A DNA stretch of 63,561 bases, the filler included. It is 7 parts of 7 records of this genome, joined end to end, with 100 filler letters (N's around TTAATTAATTAA, not from the genome) between each part and the next. Parts side by side here need not be neighbours in the genome. Positions count along the whole stretch, not along the records: positions 17,765 to 24,133 come from SRR20825010_1272; positions 24,234 to 28,989 come from SRR20825010_1276; 5 more parts are not named here. The stretch is one strand, 5' to 3'. The position numbers and the translations under genes were made by a program. The notes under the pieces are model-generated. The model ran no database searches, was not told where the DNA came from, and saw only the letters and a program-made list of their open reading frames with translations. Below are positions 18,738 to 27,883 of the stretch, one piece after another; position 1 is the first letter of the stretch; each line of letters opens with the position of its first letter.

Positions 18738-19225
18738 TCGAAAATCTCCTTCAACGGCCGCTCGTAGCGCTGCTTGATCTCAGCCACCAACGCCGCCGCA
18801 TCATCCACATCCAGGCCATGTATCAGCAAGGTTCGACGATCCGGGCTCACGTCTGCCGACACGGTACCCGGAGTCAGCGAAATGGTGCTGGCCAGCAAAG
18901 CAATAGCAAAGTCATCCTCCAGCTCCAGCGGCAGCTCCACGAAACCCGGCCGAATGGAACGCAACGGCCCCAGCACCTTGATTGCCACGGACACGTTGGC
19001 TACCACGATGTCGTACAGCACCACCACCACAAAACCGAGCAACCGCGGCAGGTTACGAATGCGCGGCACATTCGGCCAGAACGGCCGCGTTCCCAGCGGC
19101 AACAACACCGCCAGAATCGCGCCCAGCACGGCATGGCCCGCGGTGAAACCGCTGAGCAACATCCAGGCAAACCACAGAATCAGGCTCAGGCTGGGATACG
19201 GCAGCACCCGATACATCAGCTTCAT
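18731..19225 (-). CDS. phaE: Mrp/Pha antiporter subunit E
   Basis: Motifs DIVVAN, LASTISLTPGTVS and IKQRYERPLKEIFEC. Confidence 0.93.
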   Translation of the reverse strand: MKLMYRVLPYPSLSLILWFAWMLLSGFTAGHAVLGAILAVLLPLGTRPFWPNVPRIRNLPRLLGFVVVVLYDIVVANVSVAIKVLGPLRSIRPGFVELPLELEDDFAIALLASTISLTPGTVSADVSPDRRTLLIHGLDVDDAAALVAEIKQRYERPLKEIFEC

Positions 19226-20703
19226 GCGTCACCTCCCAGCACCGCAGACAAATACAGGTCCGGATCACGCAACTGGTCGGCCACCGCCGTCGTCAGCTGC
19301 AACAACGGCTCCGCATACACCGTCATCAACGGACTCAACACCAGCAACCACAGCACCGCTACCAGATGCCGGCGCGCCGGACGCAGGCCGCTGCCTTCCC
19401 CGGTGGTACGCCAGAACAACGTGGAACCCGCCCGGCTCAGGGCGATCAGACCACACAGACCGGCCACCAGCAGCAACACCCAATAGGCCGGGTCTGGCAT
19501 ACTGCGCAACAATGCCACTTTGCCCACGAAGCCGGACAACGGTGGCAACCCCACCACGGCAATAGCCGCTGCGAAGAACAGTACCGACAACCGCCCGCCA
19601 TTAAGAATCGCCGGACCAATTTGCAAATCATCGGCCACCTCGCCACGCCCCCGAGCGATCAGGTCCGTCAGCAGGAACAAGCCGCCGCAAATCAGGGTGG
19701 AATGCAGCAGGTAATACAGGGCCGGCCCCAATGCCTCCAGCTGACCGAAAGCCAGCGCCGCCACCAACGTGCCCACGGACATCACCACCAGATAAGACAC
19801 CAACGTACCCAGCCGTTTCGCACCCAGCACGCCGATACAGGCCAGCGCCAGGGTCACCAGCGCCAGCCACCACAGCGCCGATTGCCCCAGCCCCGCAAAG
19901 GGGCCATCGGCAAACGCCAGCGCATACACCCGCACCATGGCGTAGAACCCCACCTTGGTCATGATCGCGAACAGGGCTGCAACGGCGGCCGTCGCCCCGG
20001 CATAGGCCGCCGGCAACCAGAAATACAGCGGGAACAGGGCCGCCTTGAGACCGAACACCACCCACAACATCAACACCGCGATGCGCAACAGCGTGGCGTC
20101 CGTTCCCGTCAGCGCCTGCGCTTTCACCGCGAAATCGGCCATGTTCAGCGTGCCGGTGGTGCCGTAGATCAAACCCAGGGCGATCAGGAACAGCGCCGAG
20201 CCCACCAGGTTGAGCACCACATAATGCAGCCCCGCTTTCACCCGCTCCGGTCCACGACCGTGCAGTGCCAGCCCATAGGATGCAATCAGCAAGACCTCGA
20301 AGAACACAAACAGGTTGAACAGGTCGCCAGTCAGAAAGGCACCGTTGACCCCCATCAGCTGGAATTGAAACAGGGCATGGAAATTGGCGCCCCTGCGGTC
20401 ATCGCCGCAGCAGGCATAGAGCAGGGCCGGGAAGGCCAGCACCGCCGTCAGCAGCAGCATCAGCGCGCTGAATTTATCCAGCACCAACACGATACCAAAC
20501 GGCGCCTGCCAGTTCCCCAGCGCATAGACGGTAATCTCCCCACCCCAGGCCTGATCGCCCAGAAAAAGGGCTGTCGCCAGCATCGCCGCACAGGACAACA
20601 AGCCGGTGATGCGCCGCAACCGATGGCGCTCACGCACCTCCAGCAGCAACAGCATTCCCGCCAGGGCAGGAATCAGAACCGGCGCAATAATCCAGTGATT
20701 CAT
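19222..20703 (-). CDS. phaD: Mrp/Pha antiporter subunit D
   Basis: Motifs GNWQAPFGIVLVLD, TGDLFNLFVFFEVLL, FWLP, MTKVG and GLPPLSGF. Confidence 0.95.
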   Translation of the reverse strand: MNHWIIAPVLIPALAGMLLLLEVRERHRLRRITGLLSCAAMLATALFLGDQAWGGEITVYALGNWQAPFGIVLVLDKFSALMLLLTAVLAFPALLYACCGDDRRGANFHALFQFQLMGVNGAFLTGDLFNLFVFFEVLLIASYGLALHGRGPERVKAGLHYVVLNLVGSALFLIALGLIYGTTGTLNMADFAVKAQALTGTDATLLRIAVLMLWVVFGLKAALFPLYFWLPAAYAGATAAVAALFAIMTKVGFYAMVRVYALAFADGPFAGLGQSALWWLALVTLALACIGVLGAKRLGTLVSYLVVMSVGTLVAALAFGQLEALGPALYYLLHSTLICGGLFLLTDLIARGRGEVADDLQIGPAILNGGRLSVLFFAAAIAVVGLPPLSGFVGKVALLRSMPDPAYWVLLLVAGLCGLIALSRAGSTLFWRTTGEGSGLRPARRHLVAVLWLLVLSPLMTVYAEPLLQLTTAVADQLRDPDLYLSAVLGGDA

Positions 20704-21038
20704 GAACGGCCTCCGTCATCCGGTTTACCGTCCACATGGTCGTTATGCAGCTCACCCTGGCTACGCAACGCCAGCACCACCAGAAACGCCGTCATGGCAA
20801 AGCCGATCACGATGGCCGTGAGCACCAGCGCCTGGGGCAGAGGATCCGTGGGGTCCGGGCTCATGCCCACCACCGCCACCTGATTCATCTTCAACCCACC
20901 CATGGCGAACAGAAACACATTCACGCCGTAACTCAGCAGCGTCAGGCCCATGACCACCGGGAAGGTCCGCGCACGCAGGCACAGGTACACACCCGACGCC
21001 ACCAGCACACCAATGATGATTGCTACCAGCAGTTCCAT
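20700..21038 (-). CDS. phaC: Mrp/Pha antiporter subunit C
   Basis: Motif DPLPQALVLTAIVIGFA. Confidence 0.95.
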   Translation of the reverse strand: MELLVAIIIGVLVASGVYLCLRARTFPVVMGLTLLSYGVNVFLFAMGGLKMNQVAVVGMSPDPTDPLPQALVLTAIVIGFAMTAFLVVLALRSQGELHNDHVDGKPDDGGRS

Positions 21039-23836
21039 CAGGCTTCCTCCCTCTTGTCATCCAGCAACGACAGCTTGCCCAGATTGGCCAGCATCAGCAG
21101 CGTTGAACCCACCACGGTGAGGAACACCCCGGTGTCGAACAGCATGGCCGTGGCCAGCTCGAACTTGCCGATCACCGGCAGCGACACATAGGTAAACGAA
21201 CTGGTCAGGAACGGGTAGCCAAAGACCCAGCTACCCACGCCGGTGAGCCCGGCCAGCAATACCCCCAGCGCCACCACCGGGTGATAATCCCCGGGCATGC
21301 GGCTATGCACCCAGCCCACCCCGGACGCCACGTACTGCAGCACCAGCGCCACCGAGGTAATCAGCCCGGCCACAAAACCGCCACCGGGCAGGTTGTGGCC
21401 GCGCAGGAAGATATACACCGCAATCAGCAGTGCCAGCGGCAGCAGCGGCCGGGAGATCGTTACCAGCACCAGCGGGTGGGCGTCTTTTGCCCAGGGCCGC
21501 CCCAGCGAATCGTACTTGGCCGACGCCAGATTCAGATCCTTGAGCAGGGCATAAATGCCCATGGCAGCAATCCCCAGCACGGTGATTTCCCCGAAGGTAT
21601 CGAAGCCGCGGAAGTCCACCAGAATCACGTTGACCACATTGGTGCCGCCGCCGCCGGACTTGCTGTTATCCATAAAGAACTGGCTGATGGTAGTGGTATC
21701 ACCGGTCATCACCAGGAACGCCATCACCGCCACACCGACGCCAACCACAAGCGCCAGCAGCACATCGCGCACCACCCGCACCGATGACGACTCCACCTTG
21801 GTGCGCACCGGCAGGAAGTACATGGCCAGCATCAGCAGCAGCATGGTCACCACTTCAACCGACAGCTGGGTCAGCGCCAGGTCCGGCGCCGAGAAACGCA
21901 CAAACAACAGCGACACCATCAGCCCCACCACACTCAGCGACATGATCGAGGTCATCCGGTGGCGATGCAGGATGGTGGTCAGGAAAGCGGCCGCCACCAG
22001 CATGGCAGTACACAGAACCGCCACCCCGTCCATGGGTAACATGCCCACATCCAGGCTCAATGCCGGCAAGTGCCACATCTGGGTGAGCAGAATCACCGCC
22101 ACCAGCGTCACCCCCCAGGCCACATAACTCTGCAACGAGCCATTCTGCAGCCGCCCGGTAATGGCACTGGCCAGCCGCCCCAGTTGCTGGATACGCCCTT
22201 CAAACACCAGCTTGGCATCCAGCTCCGGCAACCGCGCCCACAGGTCGAACAAACGGCGGCGTTGAGAGTAAACAAAGATGCCACCGAACAGGGCAATAAA
22301 GCTCATCACTAGCGGCAGGTTAAAGCCGTGCCAGATCGCCAGGTGATACTCCGGCAGCTCGCCCCCCAGGGTAGCGGTAGCCGCCACCGCCAGCAGCCCG
22401 GCCACAGTGATCGCCGGGAACACACCTACCGCCACACACAGCGCCACCAAAATTTCCACCGGCACTTTCATATAACGCGGCGGCTCATGGGGCGGGTATT
22501 TGGGCAGATTGATAGGCTCGCCATTGAAGAACACGTCGTGAATAAAACGCGCGGAATAAGCCACCGAGAACACCCCACCCAGGGTCGCCCCCAGCGGCAA
22601 CAACCAGCTCATCGCGCCCAACTGCTCGGACTGCAAGGTCTCGGTAAAGAACATCTCCTTGGACAGGAAACCGTTCAGCAACGGCACCCCGGCCATGGCC
22701 GCCGAGGCCACCATGGCCAGCACCGCCGTATACGGCATGTACTTCCACAGGCCGTTGATGCGGCGCATGTCGCGGGTGCCGGTTTCGTGATCGATAATCC
22801 CCGCCGCCATAAACAGGCTGGCCTTGAAGGTGGCGTGGTTGATGATGTGAAACACCGCCGCCACCGCCGCCAGCTGGCTATTCAGGCCGAACAACAGGGT
22901 AATCAGGCCCAGATGGCTGATGGTGGAATAGGCCAGCAGACCTTTCAGGTCGTGCTGGAACAGGGCCGCCGCCGCGCCCCACAACAGCGTCGCCATGCCT
23001 GCCAGGGTGACAATCTCGAACCACAGGTCGGTGCCCGCCAGCGCCGGGTACAAACGCGCCAACAGAAACACCCCGGCTTTCACCATGGTGGCCGAGTGCA
23101 GATACGCGCTCACTGGGGTGGGCGCCGCCATGGCATGGGGCAGCCAGAAATGGAACGGGAACTGGGCACTCTTGGTAAACGCCCCCAGCAACACCAGACA
23201 CAGAATCAGCGGGTACAACTCGCTGCCACGAATCAGGTCGCCGCTGGCCAGCACCTCGGTGAGCGAGAACGAACCCACCACATCGCCAATCAACAGCACC
23301 CCGGCCAACAGCGCCAGGCCGCCCATGCCGGTCACCGTCATGGCCATGCGCGCACCCTTGCGCGCCCCGGTCTGGTGGCCCCAGAAACCGATCAGCAGGA
23401 AGGAGCTCAGGCTGGTCAGCTCCCAAAACACCACCAGCAACAGCAGGTTATCGCTGGTCACCACCCCCAGCATGGCGCCCATAAAGAGCAACAGGTACGC
23501 ATAAAAGCGCCCGGCCTTTTCCTTGGCGGACAGATAATAGCGGGCGTAGAGAATCACCAGCAGGCCGATCCCCAGCACCAGCAAGGCAAACAGCAGCGCC
23601 AGTCCGTCCAGGCGGAACGCCAGCGACAGGTCCAGCGACGGGATCCAGGTCAGGGTGCTGTGCAGGGTCTCTCCGGCAAACACCTTTCTGGCCGGGTCGA
23701 AAAGCAGCGCCAGTGCCAGCGCCGGCAGTGCCGCCGCCCCACAGGCCAGCAAGGTGCGGTTCCCCGTTACGCGCTCCACCAACGGCGGCAGGAACGCGCC
23801 CAGAAAGGGCAACATCACCACAAAGGCAAGATTCAT
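21038..23836 (-). CDS. phaA: Mrp/Pha antiporter subunit A (A-B fusion)
   Basis: Motifs [56 protein letters not shown] and the MrpB part GHNLPGGGF. Confidence 0.95.
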   Translation of the reverse strand: MNLAFVVMLPFLGAFLPPLVERVTGNRTLLACGAAALPALALALLFDPARKVFAGETLHSTLTWIPSLDLSLAFRLDGLALLFALLVLGIGLLVILYARYYLSAKEKAGRFYAYLLLFMGAMLGVVTSDNLLLLVVFWELTSLSSFLLIGFWGHQTGARKGARMAMTVTGMGGLALLAGVLLIGDVVGSFSLTEVLASGDLIRGSELYPLILCLVLLGAFTKSAQFPFHFWLPHAMAAPTPVSAYLHSATMVKAGVFLLARLYPALAGTDLWFEIVTLAGMATLLWGAAAALFQHDLKGLLAYSTISHLGLITLLFGLNSQLAAVAAVFHIINHATFKASLFMAAGIIDHETGTRDMRRINGLWKYMPYTAVLAMVASAAMAGVPLLNGFLSKEMFFTETLQSEQLGAMSWLLPLGATLGGVFSVAYSARFIHDVFFNGEPINLPKYPPHEPPRYMKVPVEILVALCVAVGVFPAITVAGLLAVAATATLGGELPEYHLAIWHGFNLPLVMSFIALFGGIFVYSQRRRLFDLWARLPELDAKLVFEGRIQQLGRLASAITGRLQNGSLQSYVAWGVTLVAVILLTQMWHLPALSLDVGMLPMDGVAVLCTAMLVAAAFLTTILHRHRMTSIMSLSVVGLMVSLLFVRFSAPDLALTQLSVEVVTMLLLMLAMYFLPVRTKVESSSVRVVRDVLLALVVGVGVAVMAFLVMTGDTTTISQFFMDNSKSGGGGTNVVNVILVDFRGFDTFGEITVLGIAAMGIYALLKDLNLASAKYDSLGRPWAKDAHPLVLVTISRPLLPLALLIAVYIFLRGHNLPGGGFVAGLITSVALVLQYVASGVGWVHSRMPGDYHPVVALGVLLAGLTGVGSWVFGYPFLTSSFTYVSLPVIGKFELATAMLFDTGVFLTVVGSTLLMLANLGKLSLLDDKREEA

Positions 23837-24110
23837 AGTCAATCCGTTGTCATTGTCACAAGGGCGGCAACCCGCCCGTTAGCTTGAACAGGGTGAACTA
23901 GAAAGACAATAACAGCGGCGGATCAGGAAAATACGGACGGCGCCCCCGGCGTGGGCACTGGGACAGAATGATGCGGCAAGGCTGTACCAGAAAAGGCGTC
24001 ATGGCATCCGTATCGAAAGAAAGGAGGTCGGCAGTATGCCATGGAGAAGCGGTGACAAACCAGACGCGAGTAACGAGTTTCGAGTTGCGAAAACATGAGC
24101 AACAAGCACC

Positions 24111-24133
24111 TGTAGGAGCACCTCTTGAGGTGC
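24111..24133 (+). repeat. GTAG-family REP element at contig end
   Basis: TGTAG-GA-GCACCTC-TT-GAGGTGC palindrome. Confidence 0.65.
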
Positions 24134-24233
24134 NNNNNNNNNNNNNNNNNNNNNNNNNNNNNNNNNNNNNNNNNNNNTTAATTAATTAANNNNNNNNNNN
24201 NNNNNNNNNNNNNNNNNNNNNNNNNNNNNNNNN
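24134..24233. other. Artificial contig linker
   Basis: N44-TTAATTAATTAA-N44. Confidence 0.98.
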
Positions 24234-24234
24234 G

Positions 24235-24411
24235 GAAGAGATTGCCCGGCAGCGGGGGCTTGTCGGGGTCTATCTCGATACGTTCGAATTCCAGGCGCCA
24301 CGGTTTTATGAAAGCCTCGGCTACACCGAGTGTGGCCGGTTGCCCGCCCATGGCGGCGCGCCGCAGCGGATCTGGTTTGCAAAGACCTTTGACATCGCCG
24401 GGGTTGTGTAG
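24235..24411 (+). CDS. GNAT N-acetyltransferase, C-terminal fragment (5' truncated)
   Basis: Manual translation EEIARQRGLVGVYLDTFEFQAPRFYESLGY...RIWFAKTF* is a typical GNAT C-terminus. Confidence 0.8.
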   Translation, partial: EEIARQRGLVGVYLDTFEFQAPRFYESLGYTECGRLPAHGGAPQRIWFAKTFDIAGVV

Positions 24412-24478
24412 GCCCAATAGGAAAACGGCAGGCGGTACTGGCCGCTTGCCGGACATGATGATGGACAGGATGGACGAG

Positions 24479-25123
24479 ATGAGCGAACGCGGAAAAATCA
24501 CCGACGGAATGAGCGAGGAAGACCTCAACGCCCGGCATGCCGACAAGATGGCCAAGAAAAAGGCGGCGCGCGAGAAGATCATGGCCACCAAGACAGGCGA
24601 GAAGGGCCTGGTGATCGTTCATACCGGCAAGGGCAAGGGCAAGTCATCGGCAGCATTCGGCATGATCTTCCGCCACATTGCCCACGGCAAGCCGTGCGCC
24701 GTGGTGCAGTTCATCAAGGGCGCGATGTCGACCGGAGAACGCGACCTGATCCTTAAGCATTTCTCCGACCTGTGCCAGTTCCACACCATGGGCGAGGGCT
24801 TCACCTGGGACACGCAGGACAAGGCGCGCGACATCGAGATGGCGCAGGCTGCCTGGGAAAAGGCCAAGGAGATGATCCGCGACGAGCGCAATTCGATGGT
24901 GCTGCTCGACGAGATCAACATCGCCATCCGCTATGACTATCTCGATGTGAACGAGGTGATCGCGTTTCTGGAGGCCGAAAAACCGGCGATGACCCATGTG
25001 GTGCTCACCGGCCGCAACGCCAAGGAAGAGCTGATCGAATATGCCGACCTGGTGACCGAGATGGAGATGATCAAGCATCCGTTCCGGTCCGGCATCAAGG
25101 CGCAGATCGGCGTGGAGTTCTAA
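24479..25123 (+). CDS. cobO: Cob(I)yrinic acid a,c-diamide adenosyltransferase
   Basis: Motifs VHTGKGKGKSSAAFG, VVQFIKG, MGEGFTWDTQD, LLDEIN, LTGR and HPFRSGIKAQ. Confidence 0.95.
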   Translation: MSERGKITDGMSEEDLNARHADKMAKKKAAREKIMATKTGEKGLVIVHTGKGKGKSSAAFGMIFRHIAHGKPCAVVQFIKGAMSTGERDLILKHFSDLCQFHTMGEGFTWDTQDKARDIEMAQAAWEKAKEMIRDERNSMVLLDEINIAIRYDYLDVNEVIAFLEAEKPAMTHVVLTGRNAKEELIEYADLVTEMEMIKHPFRSGIKAQIGVEF

Positions 25124-25138
25124 CCACAGGGGCAGGGG

Positions 25139-25570
25139 ATGAGCCTTTCGGCAAGCTGGCAGTTCTGGGCACTGGTGGCGGCGGTGTTCGCCGCACTGAC
25201 CGCGATCTTCGCCAAGATCGGGATCAGCGACATCGACAGCGATCTGGCCACCTTCATCCGCACCTGCGTGATCATGCTGGTGCTCGGCGCCATCCTGACG
25301 GCGATGGGCAAATGGCGACAGCCGCAATCGATCCCGCTCAAGACCTGGGTCTTTCTCGGATTGTCGGGTCTTGCCACCGGCGCATCCTGGCTTGCCTATT
25401 TCCGGGCGCTCAAGCTCGGCGACGCGGCGCGGGTGGCGCCGCTCGACAAGTTGTCGATCGTGCTGGTGGCGATCTTCGGCGTGCTGTTCCTCGGCGAGCA
25501 GCTGTCGGCGCTCAATTGGCTCGGCGTGGTGCTGATCGGCGCCGGGGCGGTCCTTCTCGCGGTGTTCTGA
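25139..25570 (+). CDS. EamA family transporter (single-domain)
   Basis: Motifs FAALTAIFAKIG, LSGLATGASWLAYFRAL and VAPLDKLS. Confidence 0.9.
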   Translation: MSLSASWQFWALVAAVFAALTAIFAKIGISDIDSDLATFIRTCVIMLVLGAILTAMGKWRQPQSIPLKTWVFLGLSGLATGASWLAYFRALKLGDAARVAPLDKLSIVLVAIFGVLFLGEQLSALNWLGVVLIGAGAVLLAVF

Positions 25571-25574
25571 CTGC

Positions 25575-26360
25575 TCAGATCCCCAGCCAGACGCGTACTG
25601 GGTTCGCCGGATCGCTGAGCAGCTTGAGGGCCAGCGCCACGCAGGTCATCACCAGCAACGGCTTGATGATCCTTGCGCCGTTCCTCATGGCCAGCCGCGA
25701 CCCGGTCTGCGCGCCAAGGAACTGGGCGACACCCATCATCAGCCCGATCTTCCAGGAGATGACGCCGACAAAGGCGAAGACAGCGAAGGCGCCGAGGTTC
25801 GAGGCGAAGTTCAGGAGCTTGGTGTGTGCGGTCGCCTTGAGCAGGCCGTAGCCTGCGAGCGCGACGAAGGCGAGCATGAAGAAGGAGCCGGTGCCGGGGC
25901 CGAAAACGCCATCGTAGAAACCGATCAGCGGCACGACGATCAGTCCGAACAGGAAGGAGGAGAGCCTGCGGGCGCGGTCGATGTCGTCCATGTTCGGCTT
26001 GAGCGCGAAATAGAGCGCGATGGCCACCAGCAAAAAGGGCAGGAAGGCACGGAAGACATCGCCCGGAATGACCGTGGCGAGCAGCGCGCCAAGGGCGGCA
26101 CCAAGCGCCGAGAGGGCCGCCGGCCCAAGCTGGGTCTTCAGGTCGACATGGCCCTTGCGGGCATAGGCGACGGTGGCCGAGGCGGAGCCGAACAGTCCCT
26201 GCAGCTTGTTGGTGCCCAGCGCCTCGACCGGGCTCAGGCCGGCGAGCAGCAGCGCGGGAACGGCGATCAGGCCACCGCCGCCGGCAATCGAATCGACAAA
26301 GCCGGCCATGAATGCCGCGGCAAACAGCAGCAATGCGAGGGTGAGCGTCAGGTCTTCCAT
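25575..26360 (-). CDS. TauE/SafE (TSUP) family membrane protein, CobV/YfcA-like
   Basis: Motifs AGFVDSIAGGGGL, ALGTNKLQ and GFYDGVFGPGTGSF. Confidence 0.9.
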   Translation of the reverse strand: MEDLTLTLALLLFAAAFMAGFVDSIAGGGGLIAVPALLLAGLSPVEALGTNKLQGLFGSASATVAYARKGHVDLKTQLGPAALSALGAALGALLATVIPGDVFRAFLPFLLVAIALYFALKPNMDDIDRARRLSSFLFGLIVVPLIGFYDGVFGPGTGSFFMLAFVALAGYGLLKATAHTKLLNFASNLGAFAVFAFVGVISWKIGLMMGVAQFLGAQTGSRLAMRNGARIIKPLLVMTCVALALKLLSDPANPVRVWLGI

Positions 26361-26501
26361 GGGCTAGCCTGTCTGGCGGGGAGTTGCTGGCGGAAACGAG
26401 GTGGGACCTATCGCACGCAGGGATGCTCTGGACAATCGGCGTTCACAGGTTACTTTTTCAAGATCAGTGGGGAATCACCCGGGCCTGAGGGGGCGGTCGT
26501 G

Positions 26502-26951
26502 ATGAAGGGGCTCTTTGCTTCGATTGCGTGTTTGTTCGAGCGCAAACCGCACTTGCCCGGCAAGCTCGGTGAGTTGTCGGAGGATCCGGTCGCGCTGGCG
26601 GAAATCCTGGTTCTGTTCCGGATGGTGCTTGCCGACGGGATCGTGCAGCCGTCTCAACTCACCGCCTTCGAGCGTATCTGCGAACAGCATTTCGGCATAA
26701 GTCCGCGGGACATGCCTGAATTGCACGCGCTGCTTGATTCGCCCAAGGCCCGCTCGTGCGACGCCCAGGCCTTTACCCTGCTGGGCCAGCTTGACACGGA
26801 AGCGCGAACCACCCTTCTTAAGGACATGATGCGGATTGCCGACGCCAACATCGTCAGGGATGAGCGCGACGACCGGCTGATCCGCAGGACCGCCAACCTC
26901 TTGGACCTGGACCCCGGGACGGTCGGTGCCGAGAAAAGGAACATGCAATGA
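26502..26951 (+). CDS. TerB-fold (tellurite resistance-like) protein
   Basis: Motifs DPVALAEILVLFRMVLADG and final helices with RRTANLL. GAGGGG RBS. Confidence 0.75.
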   Translation: MKGLFASIACLFERKPHLPGKLGELSEDPVALAEILVLFRMVLADGIVQPSQLTAFERICEQHFGISPRDMPELHALLDSPKARSCDAQAFTLLGQLDTEARTTLLKDMMRIADANIVRDERDDRLIRRTANLLDLDPGTVGAEKRNMQ

Positions 26952-27370
26952 ATGATGCAGCAGGCAAGGCCCCGGGCTTCGGCGAGCGGGTCAGGGCTTT
27001 ACTCAGCCAGCACGGCTCGCTGAACAAGGTTGCGCACGATCCGGTGCTGACGGCGGAACTGTTGCTTCTGGTCCGCATGTCCTTTGCCGACAGGACGGTT
27101 GAACCGGCGGAAGCCGACGCCTTTGCGGCAATCTGTACGCGGCTTCTGGGACTGCACGGAGACGAGCTCAAGGATATTCTCAAGTATCTTCATGATTTCG
27201 GCTATGAAACCACGGATGCGCAGGCGGCAGCCATGCTCGCGGACCTCGACGAGGCGCGCAAACGTGAAATCCTCGATCATCTGGCAACCGTCGCCAAGGC
27301 CGATGGCGAAGTCGACGCGCGCGAACGGCGGTTGCTGGAAGCCACGGCCCGCCGCCTGGGCTTCGCCTGA
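26948..27370 (+). CDS. TerB family protein
   Basis: Motifs DPVLTAELLLLVRMSFAD, YLHDFGYET and VAKADGEVDARERRLL. ATGA overlap. Confidence 0.85.
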   Translation: MNDAAGKAPGFGERVRALLSQHGSLNKVAHDPVLTAELLLLVRMSFADRTVEPAEADAFAAICTRLLGLHGDELKDILKYLHDFGYETTDAQAAAMLADLDEARKREILDHLATVAKADGEVDARERRLLEATARRLGFA

Positions 27371-27435
27371 AATACAATTTTTGCGCGGCAGTAGAGCTTT
27401 GGCGCAGATCAGCGCCTGGCTGGCGCAATCGGGGT

Positions 27436-27464
27436 TTGACCTCGAAATCCCGAACCCCTATGAC
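27436..27464 (+). promoter_or_regulatory. Putative sigma70 promoter for the DUF6732-cbiX leader
   Basis: TTGACC-N17-TATGAC. Confidence 0.4.
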
Positions 27465-27474
27465 TCGCCCCATG

Positions 27475-27611
27475 TGCGACGGCGCCTGATGACAGGCTGA
27501 GAGATATTCCGGTGCGGCCGACTTAATTCAAGGGCCAACTCCGGAGCTGTCCGGTTCGGTAAGACGGGATGCGGCTTCAGGGCCGGCATCTCTTCATCCG
27601 GCGTATCGTGC
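27475..27611 (+). promoter_or_regulatory. Cobalamin-riboswitch-like leader (variant or degenerate)
   Basis: Element order GACGG-hairpin-TGAGAG..TCCGGTGCGG...CCAACTCCGGAGCTG..GGTAAG parallels alphaproteobacterial B12 riboswitches. It lies upstream of cob genes, but the GGGAA, CCCCGCAACTGT and B12-box cores are altered. Confidence 0.5.
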
Positions 27612-27640
27612 TAAATTTGTCACGTTGTCCGGAGGCCCCG

Positions 27641-27880
27641 ATGCGCACGCTTGTTTTATCCATTGCTGGTTCTTTCCTTTTCACGCATGCGGCGTTGGCC
27701 CATGGCGGCCATGTCGGCGATCTGGCGGGCCATTCCCACTGGGTCGGCTGGGCGGCGGCGGCGGCTGCGGGAGCGATTGCGGCCTGGGCGATCAAGCGCG
27801 GCAAGAAGAGCAAGGCGGCGGCCAAGGACGCATCCGGCAAGGCCGATGGCGGCAAGCAAACCGAAACCGCGGAGGCCTGA
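27641..27880 (+). CDS. Small membrane protein, DUF6732-like
   Basis: Signal-like N-terminus, AHGGHVGDLAGHSHW, one TM helix and a basic tail. GGAGG RBS; precedes cbiX. Confidence 0.75.
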   Translation: MRTLVLSIAGSFLFTHAALAHGGHVGDLAGHSHWVGWAAAAAAGAIAAWAIKRGKKSKAAAKDASGKADGGKQTETAEA

Positions 27881-27883
27881 ACC

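Noticed and set aside
25824..26501. 375-aa ORF suggesting a long N-terminal extension on the first TerB
   Set aside because: The extension is the antisense shadow of the TauE gene. ATG 26502 has its own RBS.
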